IMG/VR virus record: IMGVR_UViG_3300042274_000144
Span: 1-64,000 of that record
Source of the DNA: a virus
Lineage: Duplodnaviria > Caudoviricetes
Length of the DNA stretch: 64,000 nucleotides
Reading direction: 5' to 3' (one strand)
Shown here: one piece after another, positions 1-8,533 of the stretch
How the letters are laid out: each line of letters begins with the position of its first letter
How positions within the stretch are numbered: position 1 is the stretch's first letter
Program-made: the position numbers and the translations under genes
Notes under the pieces: model-generated
Seen by the model: the letters and a program-made list of their open reading frames with translations, nothing else
What the model was told of the DNA's origin: nothing
Database searches by the model: none

Positions 1-2
1 TG

Positions 3-491
3 CCAACCGACACGACCCGTACCCTGTGTGCTTTTGCGGAAAACCTTCTGTTATTGCATGCGGAGATAAAGGCTACTGCTGTGAAGAACACTTCAACCAA
101 GGAGCGCGAGTCTAAGATCATCCCCATGCTGCCGGACGATATAGAGCTGTATAAGGCTCAACCGTCAGGCTTGCCCGACCTGTTCTTTTTCCGGCACCTG
201 AAGGGCAACGGGGCAGCCAAGCCGGGTTCACAATTCGGCAAGGACTATTTTTACAAGTGGTGGGCGAGGGCGTGCCGCGAACTTGGTATTGAGGGTGTCG
301 ACCTTTACGGCGGCACGAAGCATACCAGCACAACCGCCATGAGCGAGTATTTCACACCGGATGAAATGAAAACATCTGGAACCATGCACGCTACAAACGC
401 AGCGTTCGAGCGGTATTTTCAGGCCAAGGCCAAGCCAAGCCGCGCCATATATGAGAAAATTGCACAGTCTCGGGAGGCGGCTTCAGGGTGA
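3..491 (+). CDS. Tyrosine recombinase/integrase, C-terminal part (5' end outside window)
   Basis: Frame open from base 3. Contains TKERESKIIP (catalytic Lys region), LYGGTKHT (HxxR-box variant), TMH and ERYF (catalytic Tyr). Adjacent to a tRNA-derived att core. Confidence 0.75.
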   Translation, partial: PTDTTRTLCAFAENLLLLHAEIKATAVKNTSTKERESKIIPMLPDDIELYKAQPSGLPDLFFFRHLKGNGAAKPGSQFGKDYFYKWWARACRELGIEGVDLYGGTKHTSTTAMSEYFTPDEMKTSGTMHATNAAFERYFQAKAKPSRAIYEKIAQSREAASG

Positions 492-492
492 G

Positions 493-665
493 ATGTGTAC
501 CAAATGTGCCCCGCAGCGCCGCGAGCCCTACGGGGCCGGGAAAAAGTGATAGTTCAAGTCCGGCCTTCGGCACCATTGTAAATAGTAAAAGATGTAGTAA
601 AAACGGGAACTTGCAGAAAACGCGGGTTTCCGTTTTTGCGTTTAAATGTACCCCGGATGTACCCC
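493..665 (+). repeat. Probable integrase arm-type sites (ATGTRCCCC direct repeats) flanking the att core
   Basis: ATGTGCCCC at 504-512, ATGTACCCC at 646-654 and 657-665, partial TGTACC at 496-501. Confidence 0.5.
552..575 (+). other. att core: 3' end of tRNA-Leu (leuX/CAA type), attP-like
   Basis: GTTCAAGTCCGGCCTTCGGCACCA = T-loop, 3' T-stem, acceptor strand and CCA. E. coli leuX ends ...GGTTCGAGTCCGGCCTTCGGCACCA. The 5' T-stem is missing upstream, so this is a fragment and not a gene. Confidence 0.82.
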
Positions 666-885
666 ACCCCGATTTGCTGGTACACATTGCCGCCTGGCTC
701 CCCTGCCCCACTTTTTTCGAGAAAAATAAAAATCTGCTTTTCCGCTCCCCCATGTAAATTCCATATCTTAAATCAACATCCAATGTTGACAAAATTTTCA
801 TTTGCTTGTTTAACCGTGTTTGGGTAGATTTATAATAATGCAGTTAGCACACAATATTGATTCGGGAAGAGCGAGGTAACATGTA

Positions 886-1137
886 ATGAAAAAGTACCTG
901 CTTAACGTGCTGATCGGGATTGACCAGCTTGTAAACGCAGCCCTTGGTGGAGACCCGGACCTTACAATCAGTGACCGCATAGGACGCGTTAAGGTTCTGC
1001 ACGGCGGCAAGATACCCAAGCGGTATTTTTTGATGCGCACGATTGCCTGGGGGCTCAACAAGATTGACCCGAACCACTGCATTGATTCCATTGAGCACGA
1101 TGAGACGGCCAAGGATGAGGTTTGGAAGTGGGGGTAG
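886..1137 (+). CDS. Conserved phage hypothetical protein
   Basis: 83 aa, GAGG RBS, motif LIGIDQLVNAALGGDPDLTISDRIGR typical of small phage proteins. Confidence 0.7.
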   Translation: MKKYLLNVLIGIDQLVNAALGGDPDLTISDRIGRVKVLHGGKIPKRYFLMRTIAWGLNKIDPNHCIDSIEHDETAKDEVWKWG

Positions 1138-1151
1138 GCGTGACCGATAGA

Positions 1152-1607
1152 ATGACAACAGCCCAATATCGCGAGTTTCGCAAGACAGGCAAAGTGCCTG
1201 AAGCCAGTAAGCCCCAATCATCCCCCGCCACCACCAAAGCACCCGTGCCTACAAAACGCCCCAACCCCCGCCCGAAGCAAACGCCCGGCAAGATGAACAA
1301 GACTGAGGCCGCTTTTGCCCGTGAGTACCTTGACCCGAAAGTTGCCTCCGGTGAAATGGTCGAGTACCGCTTTGAGCCATTCTCTTTAAAACTGGCAAAC
1401 AATACACATTACCGCCCGGACTTCTTGGCGATATATCCAGACCGCATGGTGATTTACGAGGTCAAAGGGACGCACGTTGAAGATGACGCAATGGCAAAGT
1501 GGAAAATAGCCGCTGATCAGTTCTGGTTCTTCGAGTTCCAAATGGTCAAGATCAAGATGAGCCGTGGCGCAATCAAGGAAATGGACTGGAGGGAATATAA
1601 ACTGTGA
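1152..1607 (+). CDS. DUF1064-like PD-(D/E)xK endonuclease
   Basis: NKTE...YRPDF...YEVKG nuclease motif; start could be 1140 or 1152. Confidence 0.7.
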   Translation: MTTAQYREFRKTGKVPEASKPQSSPATTKAPVPTKRPNPRPKQTPGKMNKTEAAFAREYLDPKVASGEMVEYRFEPFSLKLANNTHYRPDFLAIYPDRMVIYEVKGTHVEDDAMAKWKIAADQFWFFEFQMVKIKMSRGAIKEMDWREYKL

Positions 1608-1840
1608 AATGCCCCGCATGTGATTTCAAGAAAAACAAGATTGTCTATACTGAACGATGGGACACATTCGACACCAGGTGCCACAAGTGTTTGAGGTGCG
1701 GATATAAATTCCAGTCTGTTTCCATGCCGGTGAGCATGGAGGCTCTACTTCAATCAGCATCTATGGCCTCGAAGGGACACTTTGACCGAGATGCTAAGCG
1801 GAGCCATGACGTTAACGGAGGTTTAAATGTTAATGGATGA
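1604..1840 (+). CDS. Ogr/NrdR-like zinc-ribbon protein, possible late transcription regulator
   Basis: MKCPAC...RCHKCLRCGYKFQSV (CxxC...CxxC ribbon). Confidence 0.6.
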   Translation: MKCPACDFKKNKIVYTERWDTFDTRCHKCLRCGYKFQSVSMPVSMEALLQSASMASKGHFDRDAKRSHDVNGGLNVNG

Positions 1841-2405
1841 TGCTCTCTTAAATGAGAATTTTCCTCAGATGCAGTGCATGCACAGGAGGGGCCTTGTTTG
1901 GTGTAGCGCGGCAGCGGTGTTTTTCGTTATGTTCTATATTAACATCACAGGCTTACTTTTCATATTTAGCCTTGTGGTTTCCGTATTTGCAACTCAAACC
2001 GCAGTGAAAAAGGGCGGCGCTATTATGACCGAAAGATTTTTTTGCCAGGAACACGGAGAAATGACAAGAGGAGTGGCTAAAGTGAGAGGCCAGAATACCA
2101 TCTTGATCGTTTTGATCGGAGTTCTTGTCGGGCTTACAGGCTGGAATGTCATGCAGACCATGCAAACTTCAGAGCGGTTATCTGAGTCCATCGGTGTTAC
2201 GCGGGAGGCGTTGCGTGGTGAACTCAGCGTGGTGCAACGTAGCGTATCCAATACTAAAGACGATCTGCATATGGAGATTGGCGCGGTGCGTTCGGGAATG
2301 GAAGATTTGCGCACTAAATACAGTACGAGCACGTCAACCCTCAGCGTGCGTGTTAAGCACCTGGAGGAAAACTGCAGGGCTGCAAATAGCATGGAATCGC
2401 GGTAG
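1827..2405 (+). CDS. Membrane-anchored coiled-coil protein (lysis or spanin-like?)
   Basis: Hydrophobic segment TILIVLIGVLVGLTGW followed by heptad-rich region; real start may be ATG 2025. Confidence 0.5.
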   Translation: MLMDDALLNENFPQMQCMHRRGLVWCSAAAVFFVMFYINITGLLFIFSLVVSVFATQTAVKKGGAIMTERFFCQEHGEMTRGVAKVRGQNTILIVLIGVLVGLTGWNVMQTMQTSERLSESIGVTREALRGELSVVQRSVSNTKDDLHMEIGAVRSGMEDLRTKYSTSTSTLSVRVKHLEENCRAANSMESR

Positions 2406-2411
2406 GGCAAC

Positions 2412-2642
2412 ATGACGGTGCTCAAGAGCTTTTTTTGTGACCATGACGGATGCCCTTCAATGATGAGATTGGCCGCTTTCCTGATTGTTTCAAACATCAT
2501 GCTTTGCTGGACGTATGTCACTATCCGCAACGGCAGGTGGGTTCCGATGGGGCCGGATACTATCGGGATGATCGTAACGGTGCTTGGCGCTAAGGCGTGG
2601 CAAAAGCGCATCGAGTGTCATCGAGACGGGACAAAGAAATGA
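2412..2642 (+). CDS. Holin-like two-TM protein
   Basis: 76 aa, SMMRL, two hydrophobic helices, basic tail AKAWQKR. Confidence 0.55.
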   Translation: MTVLKSFFCDHDGCPSMMRLAAFLIVSNIMLCWTYVTIRNGRWVPMGPDTIGMIVTVLGAKAWQKRIECHRDGTKK

Positions 2643-2751
2643 AGCTCAAGCTGCCAGACAAGATAAGTTTTTCAAAGAAATGTGTTTGCGACTGGGATTT
2701 GATTCTGGTCAGGCTTTTTAAGCGTTTATTTAAGGGAAAGGGAGCAGGGAA

Positions 2752-3036
2752 ATGACATTTGGACAGCGTATTAAGATTATTTTTTCAAGTATGTGGGACT
2801 TCGTGAGCCCGTTTTTTATCATGCTGCTCAAGCAGGGCGGCACTGCACTTCTGCAGTCTGCCTCGGTTGCGGTAAGACGCGTTGAGACCGACTTGCAGGG
2901 TGCCAGTGGTGAGGAAAAGCGCAAGGCTGCGTTTGATATTGTCAAGAGTGAAATGCAGTCTCGTGGCGAGCAGGTTGCAACATCCGTTATCAATGCCGCC
3001 ATCGAGGTTGCCGTACAGAAGCTTAAAAACCTGTAG
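2752..3036 (+). CDS. LL-H-type holin-like protein
   Basis: N-terminal hydrophobic stretch plus GASGEEKRKAAF...INAAIEVAV pattern typical of LL-H holins. Confidence 0.55.
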   Translation: MTFGQRIKIIFSSMWDFVSPFFIMLLKQGGTALLQSASVAVRRVETDLQGASGEEKRKAAFDIVKSEMQSRGEQVATSVINAAIEVAVQKLKNL

Positions 3037-3049
3037 GGAGGTGCCCGGT

Positions 3050-3298
3050 ATGAAGAACTGGTTTATTGGCCGCATCCTGAAGTGGATCGCGGGAAAGTTT
3101 GATGGATATAAAACCATCATCGGTGGCCTTACCATGGTGCTCTCCGGGGCTGTTGGCGTGCTGATGTACATGTTTCCGCAGGAGGGTGTACCGGCTGGCG
3201 ACCTTGAAACATCCCTGGCGTTGATTGCCAGTGGTTTTGCAACCTGGGGCATTGGCGGCAAACTCGAAAAGCTGAAGAACGAAAAAGGTAATGGCTGA
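3050..3298 (+). CDS. Holin-like two-TM protein
   Basis: GGAGGT RBS, ATG 3050, 82 aa, DGYKTIIGG plus two TM segments, lysine-rich tail. Confidence 0.55.
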   Translation: MKNWFIGRILKWIAGKFDGYKTIIGGLTMVLSGAVGVLMYMFPQEGVPAGDLETSLALIASGFATWGIGGKLEKLKNEKGNG

Positions 3299-4211
3299 GA
3301 CAGGCAAAAACAAAACAACTGCGCAGAAAACCTGCAAGGGCGTCAAGAAAAATGCGGGGAAATCTAAGCGCAGCAAGAAATACCCTGTCAGTGAGGATAA
3401 ACCCCTCACCCCGGGAGAGCAGCGCTTTGTGTTCGAGCTGGCTAAAACGCCGGATGAACCGACAGCTGCATATATGCGCGCGTACCCGAACACGAAGAGT
3501 GTTAACAGCGCACGCGTGCGTGCGTCTGATCTCATCAACATCAAGCCCAACACGCGCAAGGCCATCAAGCAGCAAATGGCGCGGTATTTTGAGCGCCTGG
3601 ACTTCGGCGCGTTCGACATTCTGAAGCGCATCGGGCATATCGCATTCGCGGACGTGACTGAAATATGCGAATGGTCAGAGGGTATGCTTAATGTGATCGA
3701 CAGCGACAATCTAACCGAGCGCGGCAAGGCCCTGATAGCCAGTGTCGAGGAAAATATCAACGAGCGTGGCGGCCGGACTATCAAGCTGAAAACGAAGGAT
3801 AGCATGGCTGCCCTGCGGATGCTGTGCAAGTATTACGGCCTGCTCAATCCATCCCGGCAAGCGCCACAGCAACCGATGGAGGAACAAGTGGAGGCCCTGC
3901 GCAAGGTGCGCGACGGCGAGAGCCCTATGGATGTTGCCATGGACCTTGAAATGCGCGGTGTGCCCCTGCCGGAAACCCTGCGCATCATGGTTGGCAAGTA
4001 CCAGGCAGCTGAGGAAGACCCGGAAGGCGATAGCATTATCCCTACTCCAGAGGAAATGGAGGCGCGGCGTCAGGCGCGGCTACGCGAGATTGAGGAGCAG
4101 AAAAAGGACTTCTTGCCCGAGCGTCAACAGGAAGTGCGCGACATCAAGGATAGCCTGGGCGAAAAGAACAATGCTTTCAGCGTGAAGGATGATGGCGGTG
4201 ACGGCAAATAG
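3291..4211 (+). CDS. Terminase small subunit (PacA-like position)
   Basis: LTPGEQRFV...TAAYMRAYP...ASDL HTH of the Terminase_2 type, directly upstream of TerL. Confidence 0.8.
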   Translation: MAETGKNKTTAQKTCKGVKKNAGKSKRSKKYPVSEDKPLTPGEQRFVFELAKTPDEPTAAYMRAYPNTKSVNSARVRASDLINIKPNTRKAIKQQMARYFERLDFGAFDILKRIGHIAFADVTEICEWSEGMLNVIDSDNLTERGKALIASVEENINERGGRTIKLKTKDSMAALRMLCKYYGLLNPSRQAPQQPMEEQVEALRKVRDGESPMDVAMDLEMRGVPLPETLRIMVGKYQAAEEDPEGDSIIPTPEEMEARRQARLREIEEQKKDFLPERQQEVRDIKDSLGEKNNAFSVKDDGGDGK

Positions 4212-4390
4212 CCGCTTTATGCTAGACATTATCGGTTCAAACATTCATACTGCGCTTAGACTTTGAGGGTGTGAGAGCCGTTAAGATGATGAAAAATTAC
4301 AAGGCTGTTGGCTACCGGAGGTTAATCACACTTACTCTCACCCGGGACGCTGGCAGCCTTGTTTTTGTTTGATTTTTGAGGAGTGTGTAA

Positions 4391-6298
4391 GTGCAGCGAG
4401 TTAAGGATGTAACAAAAGACCCGCGCTATCTAGAGTTTTGCGAAACCTATTACGATTCGCTGGTGGATTATGTCCTCTCTTTCTGCCGATATACCCCGAC
4501 CTGGCAGCAGTTGGATGTTATGCGTTCCATCGAAAAACCAGGGTGCCGGGTTGCTATTTCGAGCGGACATGGATGTTTTGGCGCTGGCACTCCGATCAGG
4601 ATGTTTGATGGTTCCATTAAGGCCGTAGAGGATGTAGCGAACGACGATCTTGTAATGGGGGCAGACGGCAGAAGGAGGACAGTTCACCGTCTTTGTTACG
4701 GAGTTGAAGAGCTTTACCTTTGCCAGTTTAAGGACGGCGGCAGGCACGTTTACAACGATCAGCATATTCTTGTTTTGATGCACGAAAAGAGCACAGAGCT
4801 TGAATATGTGGCAGTTCAGCACTTTGTGCAATGGGGCAAGGACAAGAAGCGCGAGTATTGTGCAGTCAGGCACGGCAAGCCCAGGATTATTGAGGATATT
4901 TACCCGATTGGCATGGGAGATTTCTACGGTTTTGAACTGGTAGAGGATCGGTTGTTTTTGCATGCGGATGGAACGGTTCTATCAAACACCGGAAAGTCTT
5001 TTATTGCAGGATGGCTGATGGATTTTCATTTGAGGGTTTATCCGTTCTCCAACGCACTGCTGACGGCCACAAACATTTCCCAGGTCACAACTGTTGTGTG
5101 GAAATATATAGACGAAGCCCAGCGCGATGTGGAAAAAGCATGTCCTTGGATGCGCGGTTTTTTCATCAAAAAAGCCAAGATGTATTATGCGAAATATTAC
5201 AAAGACAGTTGGTATGTACTACCCCGCACAAGTTCCAAGCAGAACGCCGAGAACCTTGCAGGGCAACATAATTTCAACTTGCTGGTCTATGCTGATGAGG
5301 CCAGCGGAATCGCGGATGAAAACCTTGGTGTTTTGCGTGGCGCGTTGACCGAGGAGCGCAACAGGTTTGTTATGTCATCTCAGCCCACACGTCCAGTAGG
5401 ACATTTTGCGGATGCCATGACATCGCTTGCTAAAAAGGAGGTTCCTGGAGGAGGCATTGAAGGTATTTACGACACCTTCATACTCAACTCTGAGGAAAGT
5501 CCGATTGTCTCAAAGAAATTTATCAAAGAAAAGCTGGTCGAGTATGGTGGGCACCACAGCCCAGAGTACCAAATAAAGGTGCTTGGACGCCTCCCCGACA
5601 ACCTATCCGGCTACCTGATCCCGAAAAAATGGTGTGAGGAATCCCAGCACTACCAAATTAACCACACCGAAGAATGGGGCTGGGTGCTAACCGCTGACGT
5701 GGCCGAAGGTGTACACCGTGACAGCTCCGTGCTCACCATGGGGCGGGTTTCCGGATATGGCCCTGAGCGTAAGGTTGAAGTCACCGAGTGCGCGGAATAT
5801 CTCGATGCCAACGAAAAGGAGTTTGCGCGCATTATTGCCGCCAAATACCGCGAGCTGCCCGCGCTTACCATCGCCGTTGACGCCGATGGTTCGGGCCGCA
5901 CAGTGATCTTGGAGCTGGAAGAGATGGGAATACCCGTAGAGCGCATCCATTGGGGGCTTCCTTGCCATTCCGGTGCCGATCAGAAGCGGTATATCAATCA
6001 ACGTGCTTTCGCCCACCTGAAGCTGCGTGAGGCGATATTCGAGGAGCGATTCAAGGGGCCAACAAACAAGAAGTTCGTGGAGCAGGCAAGCAAGCTGCCA
6101 TACAAGATTGATGATCGTGGGCGCTACGCCATGAAAGGCAAAGACCAGATGCGCTCTGAGGGCATTAAGTCGCCTGATATCTCTGACACCTGCTGTTTCT
6201 TTTACTTGACCGACTATGTGCCATGCAGCGGCGTAAAAGATGCCACCGGCGAAGAGGGAGATTTCCTCGAAATGGCAAAAGCGGCCATGGAAAGCTAG
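4391..6298 (+). CDS. Terminase large subunit (PacB-like), intein-containing
   Basis: Walker A SGHG/TGKS split by the intein; Walker B LVYADEASG; motif III SQPTR; RNase H nuclease LTADVA...D and SPDISD. Confidence 0.92.
   Translation: MQRVKDVTKDPRYLEFCETYYDSLVDYVLSFCRYTPTWQQLDVMRSIEKPGCRVAISSGHGCFGAGTPIRMFDGSIKAVEDVANDDLVMGADGRRRTVHRLCYGVEELYLCQFKDGGRHVYNDQHILVLMHEKSTELEYVAVQHFVQWGKDKKREYCAVRHGKPRIIEDIYPIGMGDFYGFELVEDRLFLHADGTVLSNTGKSFIAGWLMDFHLRVYPFSNALLTATNISQVTTVVWKYIDEAQRDVEKACPWMRGFFIKKAKMYYAKYYKDSWYVLPRTSSKQNAENLAGQHNFNLLVYADEASGIADENLGVLRGALTEERNRFVMSSQPTRPVGHFADAMTSLAKKEVPGGGIEGIYDTFILNSEESPIVSKKFIKEKLVEYGGHHSPEYQIKVLGRLPDNLSGYLIPKKWCEESQHYQINHTEEWGWVLTADVAEGVHRDSSVLTMGRVSGYGPERKVEVTECAEYLDANEKEFARIIAAKYRELPALTIAVDADGSGRTVILELEEMGIPVERIHWGLPCHSGADQKRYINQRAFAHLKLREAIFEERFKGPTNKKFVEQASKLPYKIDDRGRYAMKGKDQMRSEGIKSPDISDTCCFFYLTDYVPCSGVKDATGEEGDFLEMAKAAMES
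4574..4987 (+). mobile_element. Mini-intein (138 aa, VMA/Hom_end_hint type, no endonuclease)
   Basis: Starts CFGAGTPIRMFDGSIKAVEDV...VMGADG, block B YNDQH, ends FYGFELVEDRLFLHADGTVLSN then +1 Thr; removal restores GHGTGKS. Confidence 0.9.
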
Positions 6299-6350
6299 AC
6301 AGGCATGTGCTTTTCCTTTACCATGCAAGACTAAAAGGGAGGAAGGGGAT

Positions 6351-6887
6351 ATGTTATCAAGAGACAGCAAGTGGACGCAGGCAGCTATTGATATTGGTGT
6401 TTTTATGATGCTGACAATGTTGCTTTATGGGGCGTACCTGTGCGGCAAAACATACGCGGCGATGGATGAGCGCATGAATGGCATCATAAGCGCCAAGTGT
6501 GACGCAGAGGAGGAGCTGTTCGAGCACAGAGAGCTTATGCTTTCCATCTGGGGTGATGAATTTGACATCGGTAAAATAAAAACAGCCACGGTGGAAGCCA
6601 CGAGCTACAACCCGTTGCGAGAGCAATGTGACGCCGATCCGCTTATTGCCAGCGACAACAGGCTTGTTACCCCGGGAGTGCTTGCCATGCCGAAAAAATA
6701 CCGGCAGGAGCTTGGCATTGAAATCGGGCAACGCGTCGCCCTGGCCGGATACGGGATGTTCACCGTGCGTGATCACATGAACAGTCGGTTTCACGCGCGC
6801 GTGGACATAATATCGTTCATCCCTGAGTGGTCAAAGCACTTCGGAATCAAGCAGAACGTCAAGCTGATATGGGTGGATAATGGGTAA
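6351..6887 (+). CDS. 3D-domain (MltA-like) peptidoglycan hydrolase with N-terminal TM
   Basis: EATSYN...CDADP..ASD...G.FTVRDH...VDI three-Asp pattern; hydrophobic N-terminus; GGAGG RBS. Confidence 0.7.
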   Translation: MLSRDSKWTQAAIDIGVFMMLTMLLYGAYLCGKTYAAMDERMNGIISAKCDAEEELFEHRELMLSIWGDEFDIGKIKTATVEATSYNPLREQCDADPLIASDNRLVTPGVLAMPKKYRQELGIEIGQRVALAGYGMFTVRDHMNSRFHARVDIISFIPEWSKHFGIKQNVKLIWVDNG

Positions 6888-7515
6888 GGACATGCTCAAC
6901 ATCATGGCGGTTTCGCTCGAATCTGCCAAGCGCCACAAAGCCTACGCTATGTACGATGGCGAACGCATAGCCATAACGCATTGCATCCCCGTCCTGGGGC
7001 AACCTTCCGCATGGGCCGCTGATTTAGTCGAGGAAATAAAAGACAAGCTCAAGAACGGCTTTTCCGTACTTGTTGAAGACCGCACCGGCACATACTGCGT
7101 TGATGACGCCTCTCAGTTTGACTTCGAGGAAGTCACGGACGGGCGCTCGATGCTTTATCAGTCGCTGGACTGGTACTTTTCCATGCTCGACCTCGGGCAG
7201 ATCATTGCCGATAAGAGCGTTGAGCGCTTCCTGTTGCGCTCAGGCGGTGAGGGACAGAGAATTGAGCGCACGCAGGATGATAGGGGCCGCACGGTATATA
7301 AAGTGGACTGGACTGCAATCAATGGAGGCGTAAAGGCCGTACTCATGTGCGTGTCTGGTGCCATGATGCAGCCACTTTCAGAGCGTTTCATTGAAGAGCT
7401 GTACGGCAATATGCCTATCGAGGAAGAGCGCCCCCCTATGGCGTCATTTCACGCTATCACAAAGGGGTTCGATCAAGAGCAGATCAAGAAATGGGATAAA
7501 TATTACGAGGATTGA
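6880..7515 (+). CDS. Phage hypothetical protein
   Basis: 211-aa ORF overlapping the previous stop; no recognised motif. Confidence 0.65.
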   Translation: MGKDMLNIMAVSLESAKRHKAYAMYDGERIAITHCIPVLGQPSAWAADLVEEIKDKLKNGFSVLVEDRTGTYCVDDASQFDFEEVTDGRSMLYQSLDWYFSMLDLGQIIADKSVERFLLRSGGEGQRIERTQDDRGRTVYKVDWTAINGGVKAVLMCVSGAMMQPLSERFIEELYGNMPIEEERPPMASFHAITKGFDQEQIKKWDKYYED

Positions 7516-8241
7516 GCTTTGACGGATAGCGAATGCCCCACATCTATAGCATACGGCGGCTGCCGCTGGGAGAGCTGCAGGAACTGCCATGGGAAAGCTG
7601 GGGCCGATGCCGTGAAAACCGCGTCAAAGTTTGCCCGGCGAACAGAGCATGGTTGTGCTGCGCTTGGGGTACAGCCAGAAAGGGAATGAGCAGTGGAAAA
7701 GGTTAAATATTTTGCGCGAGTTCTAAAGTATCTCATGTTGGGATGTGGTTTATCCCTATCGAAGTTCTATGCAGAGATGCAGACATGCGGACTGAAGCGA
7801 AGGCGTTATAAGTTTGAGGAGAAGGCGCAGGCAGAAAGGGGGTAAGCATGGGTAGCGATACTTTCACAGAGAAAGGGTGCTGACATGGTAAGGTTTGTCT
7901 ACGATCCTATATTTGGTTTCCGGGGCATTTCGGTGCCGAAAAAGAGCAGGCGTAAGAGCAAGCCCGCCAAGAAGGGCTGGTTGCGCTGTCGATAGCAAGA
8001 AGGATGCAGGCGATGGAAGATCATGTAAAGCAGGAGCTGGCAGCGGCTTTCGCCCTCGCGATTGAGCACGGGTGTGCAGCCGTTGATTTCGACATAAACA
8101 GTCTGGACTGGTTTAATCCCGGACTGGACACAGGCAAGGGAGTTTAAATATGGGTGGAGACGCTTTTTCCAAAGGATCATCAATGAGGTCAAGACCGAAC
8201 GGAGACGGTAAGGGTTCATCGTTGAGGGAGTGGCCTGATTT

Positions 8242-8298
8242 GGTTGACAAATAGCAGGCTGGTTGACAAGCAGGTATTTGGTTGACAAATGGGTGTCT
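8242..8298 (+). repeat. Three tandem repeats, 19-bp period, core GGTTGACAA
   Basis: GGTTGACAA at 8242, 8261 and 8280. Confidence 0.7.
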
Positions 8299-8490
8299 AT
8301 TTTACAATTTAACAGTACCCGCTCTGCATAGCATCGGGCTTTCAAGTCCGCGAACTCCTCCCGCCTGCGTCGGGGGTCGGTTTGCGGCACAGCTCATCTG
8401 CCAGGTCGTAGACAGAGTAACGAGTCCGTCACGCAACGGTGGCGACCTCAGCAATGGCCGTGCGGAGCCACGCTAATCCGCACATCCATC

Positions 8491-8523
8491 AAAAAAGCCC
8501 CTTCCTTGCGGTTGGGGCTTTTT
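8491..8523. terminator. Bidirectional intrinsic terminator
   Basis: AAAAAAGCCCC-loop-GGGGCTTTTT between convergent transcription units. Confidence 0.8.
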
Positions 8524-8533
8524 ATTGTGGGCT

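Noticed and set aside
520-575. Complete tRNA-Leu gene
   Set aside because: Only the 3' 24 nt match; the upstream sequence cannot form the T-stem, anticodon or D arms.
783-836. sigma70 promoter from TTGACA (786) and TATAAT (831)
   Set aside because: The two hexamers are about 39 bp apart and neither has a good partner at 16-18 bp.
4574-4987. Homing endonuclease within the intein
   Set aside because: 138 aa leaves no room and no LAGLIDADG or HNH motif is visible.
7899-8390. 163-aa minus-strand ORF as a replication initiator containing iterons
   Set aside because: No RBS, no Rep/HTH motif, atypical composition; overlaps promoter-like and structured elements.
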